Shown here piece after piece: positions 59,040 through 64,000 of a stretch of 64,000 nucleotides of DNA (position 1 is the first letter of the stretch; the number at the start of each line of letters is the position of its first letter). Position numbers and translations under genes: made by a program. The stretch spans positions 62,558,001-62,622,000 of the forward strand of contig NC_043009.1 of NCBI RefSeq assembly GCF_006345805.1, read 5' to 3'. Below the pieces are notes generated by a model. The model searched no databases, had not been told where the DNA came from, and saw only the letters and a program-made list of their open reading frames with translations. The DNA is from Octopus sinensis (taxonomy: Eukaryota).

Positions 59040-60720
59040 AAATACTCTGAGGGACCTCATTTTCATTGTAACATATGGATCTTCTCAAGCACAGTGAATC
59101 ACCAGTCATCTCGGTCCTTTGTCATCTTTTCCATGAAGCTCAACATCTTGAGATCCACTATTTCATCCCACGTCTTCCTCGTCTTCCACAAGTTCTATCC
59201 ACTTTTTAAGTGACAAGCGCTTCTTTATGCAGCTGTTTTCATGACCAAACCACAACAGTCTTGCACACTATTTGATTCTTCTTGTGACTAATTTTTCTAT
59301 CCGCAGATTTGCATGTTGTCAAACATACACACTGATGTTGCACATCCAACAGAGTATACCAGCTTCACTCCTCTCTAATTTTTGATGTCTTCTGCATTCA
59401 GGGCTCACATCTCAATACCATGTAGCATTGCACTTTGAACACAAACATCATACAATCTGCTTTTCACTGAGAGACTTTTTGTTGCCAACAGAGCAAATAA
59501 CTTTCTACTTTCTCCACCCTATTCTCATTCTAGCAACTATCATAACATCAAATTCTGCCAAGGTAGACTTTTGCCTTTCATCCTTTCGGGGTCAATAAAT
59601 TAAGTAACCAGTTGCATACTGGGGTCGATCTATTCGACTGACCCCCCTCCCCAAAAATTTCGGGCCTTGTGCCTAGAGTAGAAAAGTATACTTTCATAAC
59701 ATCCTCTTCCACTGCTAATTAGGCCACCAAGATAACAGAAACTATCTGCTACTTCTAGGAAACCTCTTGGGCATTCCAAAAAGTCTGAGCGCCACTGGGG
59801 TGACTGTCCATCAATCCCAGCCCACAGTCACCCCTATGGTGATCAGATCTCGATCTGAGTACCACTGGGGTGACTGTCCATCTCATGTGTTCTCAGTGTT
59901 TACTGCTCCTACACATCTTCTGCATACAAAGACTACTTTTTCTGTTAACCTTCTTGGGATTCCACTGCACCTTGCATTGTGGACACTGTATGGAATTCCT
60001 GCCTTCACCATTCCTTACATATCAAGCAGGACTATTTACCTAATAGGAAGAAAGTCCTATCCAATTTCTTACTGAATAAAATTTTGGTGTTTGCTTATTC
60101 AATTTAAAGGTACTTTGATTCAAGGTTTTGCTTCCACACCTGGAATTTCTTTTCTAATTCTACTATATAGATTCCACTATGAGAAGAAGGTCAACAGCAC
60201 ATAGTGACTCCCAAGTGCAACCAGTCTTAAATTCCTCAGTCATGGCCTGTAGAACTCTGAGAAATAAAAGGAGATTAAAAACTGAACTGTAATGAACTCC
60301 TGCTTGTACTCTAAATTCTACACTGTACTCGTAGCTAACTCTCACCTTAGCACCCCAGTACATGGCTTATATGGCTCTCACAAGCCATTTGCCTACCCCT
60401 GGTTTCCTCTGGAACCACCAAATCACTGAGCGAGAACCTCTGTCAAAGGTTTTCTGCAGATCGACAAACGCCAAGTACAATGGCTTTCTTTAAACTAAAA
60501 ACTTCTCCTGCAGTTGTCTTACTAAGCAGATGCCATCAGTCGTACTTCTTCCTAACACAAAACCAAACTGTCATCTAACCTAATTCTGTTCCTAATTAAC
60601 TAGACTGTAATTCTCTCCACAATTTTCATGACCCTGTTCAGCAATTTGATACCTCTTTAATTACTTTTATCTAAGGGTCCTTTGTAACAGCTGGCTATAA
60701 TGCTTCTACGGCAGTCGTCA
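59040..60720 (-). mobile_element. Decayed RTE-clade LINE (RT and C-terminus), interrupted by a SINE fragment
   Basis: QFGFVLGRSTTDGICLVRQLQEK, YLAFVDLQKTFDR, GVHYSSVFNLLLF, CAVDLLLI (decayed YADD), FCYLGGLISSG..C, ARMRIGWRK; several stops; SINE-B insert at ~59548-59688. Confidence 0.88.
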
Positions 60721-63339
60721 GGTAGCAACATTGTAATCAGCTGTTACACACACAGGTAGACATATATTTATAATACAGAGTTATTTCCCTTGGCTTACAT
60801 ATTTCTCTCTCTTAGTTCTGTGTATTTGGCAAAAATTCAGGAGAGAAATTTTAACAAATAAATCGTCCCTTTTCAAATATGACCCCAAGGAATGAAAATT
60901 ATAATATCTAAAACCTTTCTTTCCTTCTGAATATTATACGGAGGAGAGATATTTAATTAAAAAATCACTAAAATATGCTCTTCTCTCTTTCTCCCTATCA
61001 TCATTGCCCGTTTCTCTCATTCTTATTCATTTTATTCGTTCCATCTCCAATTTTTACTCCCTACTTTTCTTTTTCAGCATCCATTTCTATTTCTCAACCC
61101 TACGTGGCTTTCTATCTTCACCTTCACCTTCCCCCCCCCAATTATACACTCTCTCTCCTTCGTTCTACCTTTATCTTCCTCTTCCCCCCACTTACACCCT
61201 CTTCCTTTCTCTCTCACCAAGCGACCATCAATTGACAGTGTATTTGTCTCCCACGTCCACAGCAGCCACAATCCTTGTTATTTCCTATGAAACTGCTCTA
61301 TTTGCTGGCCATTACGTTTACACGGCTACGTTTGCTGCAACACTGCATTCTGTCTCTCACACATATTTTCTCTCTCTCTCTCTCTCTCTCTCAACCAATG
61401 ATATAATATTGTCAGAGAAAGAGAGAGAGAGAGGGGGTGAGTGAAAAGAACTTAGTTTACAAAAACTGATAGACACATAGACACAAGGAAATATTCATAA
61501 AGGAATCTAAGCATTCAGCAAATTGGCCTGAAAGGAGGAGGAGGAAATGAAAAGATGATTAAAATGTGTATGATTGTAGAATGGAGATTTCCTAAAGGCT
61601 ATATAAGAAGTAATACAAGACAACAGAAATCTCATCTAGATTTAATACATAAGTAGGGTAGATAAATAATTAAGAAGCTTTATATGGTATGTACAGAAAT
61701 AAGAGAGGCAGCACCATTCGTGACCTTTGTCAGTCATCCCTGGTTGGTGAGATTGCCGCAGATGATGTTCAATTTGAACTTTTGTAAGTCAACACTCATT
61801 AGAAAAGCTTTGGGAAGGGATGGATTCCAAGGGTTTTGTAGCAGTGGAGAAGAATGACTGTGTAAAGTGTTTTGTGAAGGGTTGGAAGAATGGGATACAA
61901 TAGGGATAATAAAGTGGAGGGAAAACAGATGAATCACTTGAGCCTTGATAGATAGGGAAATACTCCTTACTAGTTCAAAGGAGCAGAAAGTAACTGGTAT
62001 TCCATTGGTTATGACGATGGGGGTTCCAGTTGAAACAATCAATGGAACAGCCTGCTTGCGAAATTAATGTGACAGTGGCAGAATACTCCGCAGACATGTG
62101 TACCCTTAACATAGTTCTTAGGGAGATTCAGCGTGTACAAAATGGGACAAGGCTGGCCCTTTGAAATATGAGTACTATTCGTTTTTGCTAGCTGAGTGGA
62201 CTGGAGCAACATAAAATAAAATGTCTTGCTCAAGGATACAATGTGCCACCAAGAATCGAACTCATGACCTTACAATCCTGAGCCAAATGCTCTAACCATT
62301 AAGCCATGTGCCTTCACAAGTAGAAGTAACAATATTTGTGTGCTAATGGCTGCTGTGTCTTGATGAAGGAATTAATTGAATGTCCTTTGTCTTTTTTGGA
62401 TCTCGGATGTTTCTAGTGACACCATCACAAATTATATAATATTTGTGCATTTTAAAATGTTAGCAATTGATTAATGTTGAATTCTTTTCTGACCTTGAAT
62501 GTCCTAGTTTTTGTGATGAAGTTTTGGCAGTGCTATTCTACATGGGAGAGTTGTCACAAATATGAGCAATGAGGCCGAGCATTTATAAAGGCTTTGAGGC
62601 TTTGATGCATGGTGAAGGTCCAGGTGAAATGAAGTTTCCTTTGATATATGTGTGTGATGAGAATATTCTGATACTGTTGATGGGAGTTTAAATTGTTATG
62701 TCTCAATTGCAGAATACGTTTTTGAGGTCTCTCTGATCGTGGAAGCAGAGAGTTTGGTGTGACGTGTAACCATAAATGTGGCCGTATATTTTCTACACTG
62801 GAATATTTGTGTTTAGAAATAGCAATAAATAAATATGCAGAAAGAAAAAATATAAGAGACAAGAGATATAACCAAGCTTCACAGTACACTGATATAGGTG
62901 GTGTAGCTAAATCTTTTGGGGGGGCAATCTGTTGTAACAGTTTGATAGGTAATTGTAATTCTAAACAAAGAGCTGACAGACAGTGGAGCTACTTGCTGGA
63001 CAAGATAGGTCATGTTTAAAATCCTAGATGATGTTAAGAGCAATAAAACTATTTTCAAACCATTGGTGACAGATAATATCAAGTCTCTAGTAGATCTGAT
63101 GATAGAATATTGACAGAGATTCAACATAACAAAAGTGATGGTTGTTTTTCGGTTCCTGTTACCTTCTGAGATTTGGGAAGTGAAAGCAAGACAAGGAGAG
63201 AAAGATTGAAGAATAATGTGAAGATAGGAGGCAACTCTGATGTATAATTGCTTTTTGTTTTAAGGCTACCAGAAGGAACATCAAGATAGGTCACTTAGTT
63301 TCTATAAAGTTTTTTCGGCTTATTCATATGCTCAATTAT

Positions 63340-63855
63340 TCTGTAATGTTATCCTAGGTAAACTAATGTCACACCCGAATGTTCAAGTTATATTCTGGGT
63401 TAACTAATGTCCTGTCCCACTGTTCTACAACATTCCACTTGGTTAACTTAATGACTTATAAAGCTCTTATTTTTATTTGTCCTATAGTATTTGTAACCCT
63501 ATGTTAACTCATTACATCTAAAGCTGTTCTATGATCCTTCACCAGAAGCCGCTCTGACAAAGGTGGACAGCGGAAAGATGATTACAATGGCAGTGCTCCA
63601 GCATGGCCACAGTCATTGGACTGAAACATATAAGAGAATATATCCAACAGGGCTATTAAACTGTCCTATATGTAATTAATGACAAGTATAACTGTTCTAT
63701 GTTAAGATAGGTTAACTAATATGTTCAACTGTTCTATTAAGTTAGCCTAGGTTAACCAATGAAATGTCCAACTGCCCTACTAAGTGTTACCCTAGACTAA
63801 CCAATTACATATTCAGCTGCTTTATAGTGTTATCCTAGGTTAACTAATGACCATG
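63340..63855. repeat. Old ~40-45-bp tandem array
   Basis: Core CTAGGTTAACTAATG at ~63354, 63395, 63438, 63707, 63747, 63792, 63835. Confidence 0.7.
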
Positions 63856-64000
63856 TTTCGGTATCAATAGTCAGTACTCTCTCAGCAAATATGTTGCGAG
63901 TGAAAGAACCTGTTTAAACGAGAATATAAAAAAGGAGAAAGCAAAGTCTTCAGTGTGAGTATGTGGTTTGTGGGGTCGACTGCATCCTCCACTTCATTTT

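Noticed and set aside
61734-62042. 102-aa minus-strand ORF as a LINE endonuclease
   Set aside because: Only a weak IICGNL similarity to the APE GDxN motif; insufficient.
62480-63200. Possible Penelope GIY-YIG or other coding remnant
   Set aside because: Only vague resemblance across frameshifts; no motif I can support without a search.

Overview
AT-rich, repeat-dense eukaryotic DNA, not prokaryotic. The SINE and microsatellite landscape looks like a cephalopod (Octopus-like) genome; this is an inference from recalled repeat families. One complete protein-coding gene lies on the + strand: a KIDINS220/ARMS orthologue. I assembled it by hand from 22 GT-AG coding exons (10723..49735; 4572 nt CDS, about 1523 aa; splice phases consistent throughout). 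Domains: N-terminal ankyrin repeats (ten consecutive 99-nt phase-0 exons), a KAP-family P-loop NTPase split by four TM helices, a Pro-rich segment, a SAM-like domain and an acidic tail. Introns and flanks hold several tRNA-derived SINE families, decayed RTE and CR1 LINEs, a full-length Tc1 (DD34E) element with two nonsense mutations, non-autonomous Helitrons, piggyBac- and mariner-type MITEs, and mini/microsatellites. The least expected signal is at least nine minimal type-I hammerhead-ribozyme motifs from about five sequence families. They include a retrozyme-like pair 403 nt apart, a discrete 184-bp unit present twice, and a tRNA-headed element with a hammerhead tail and an inverted tail copy (a candidate Penelope-mobilised SINE). 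A CR1 (CTAA)n tail also appears to supply the branch point of a KIDINS220 exon. All calls are by eye with no database searches or folding programs; repeat boundaries are approximate unless termini are quoted.
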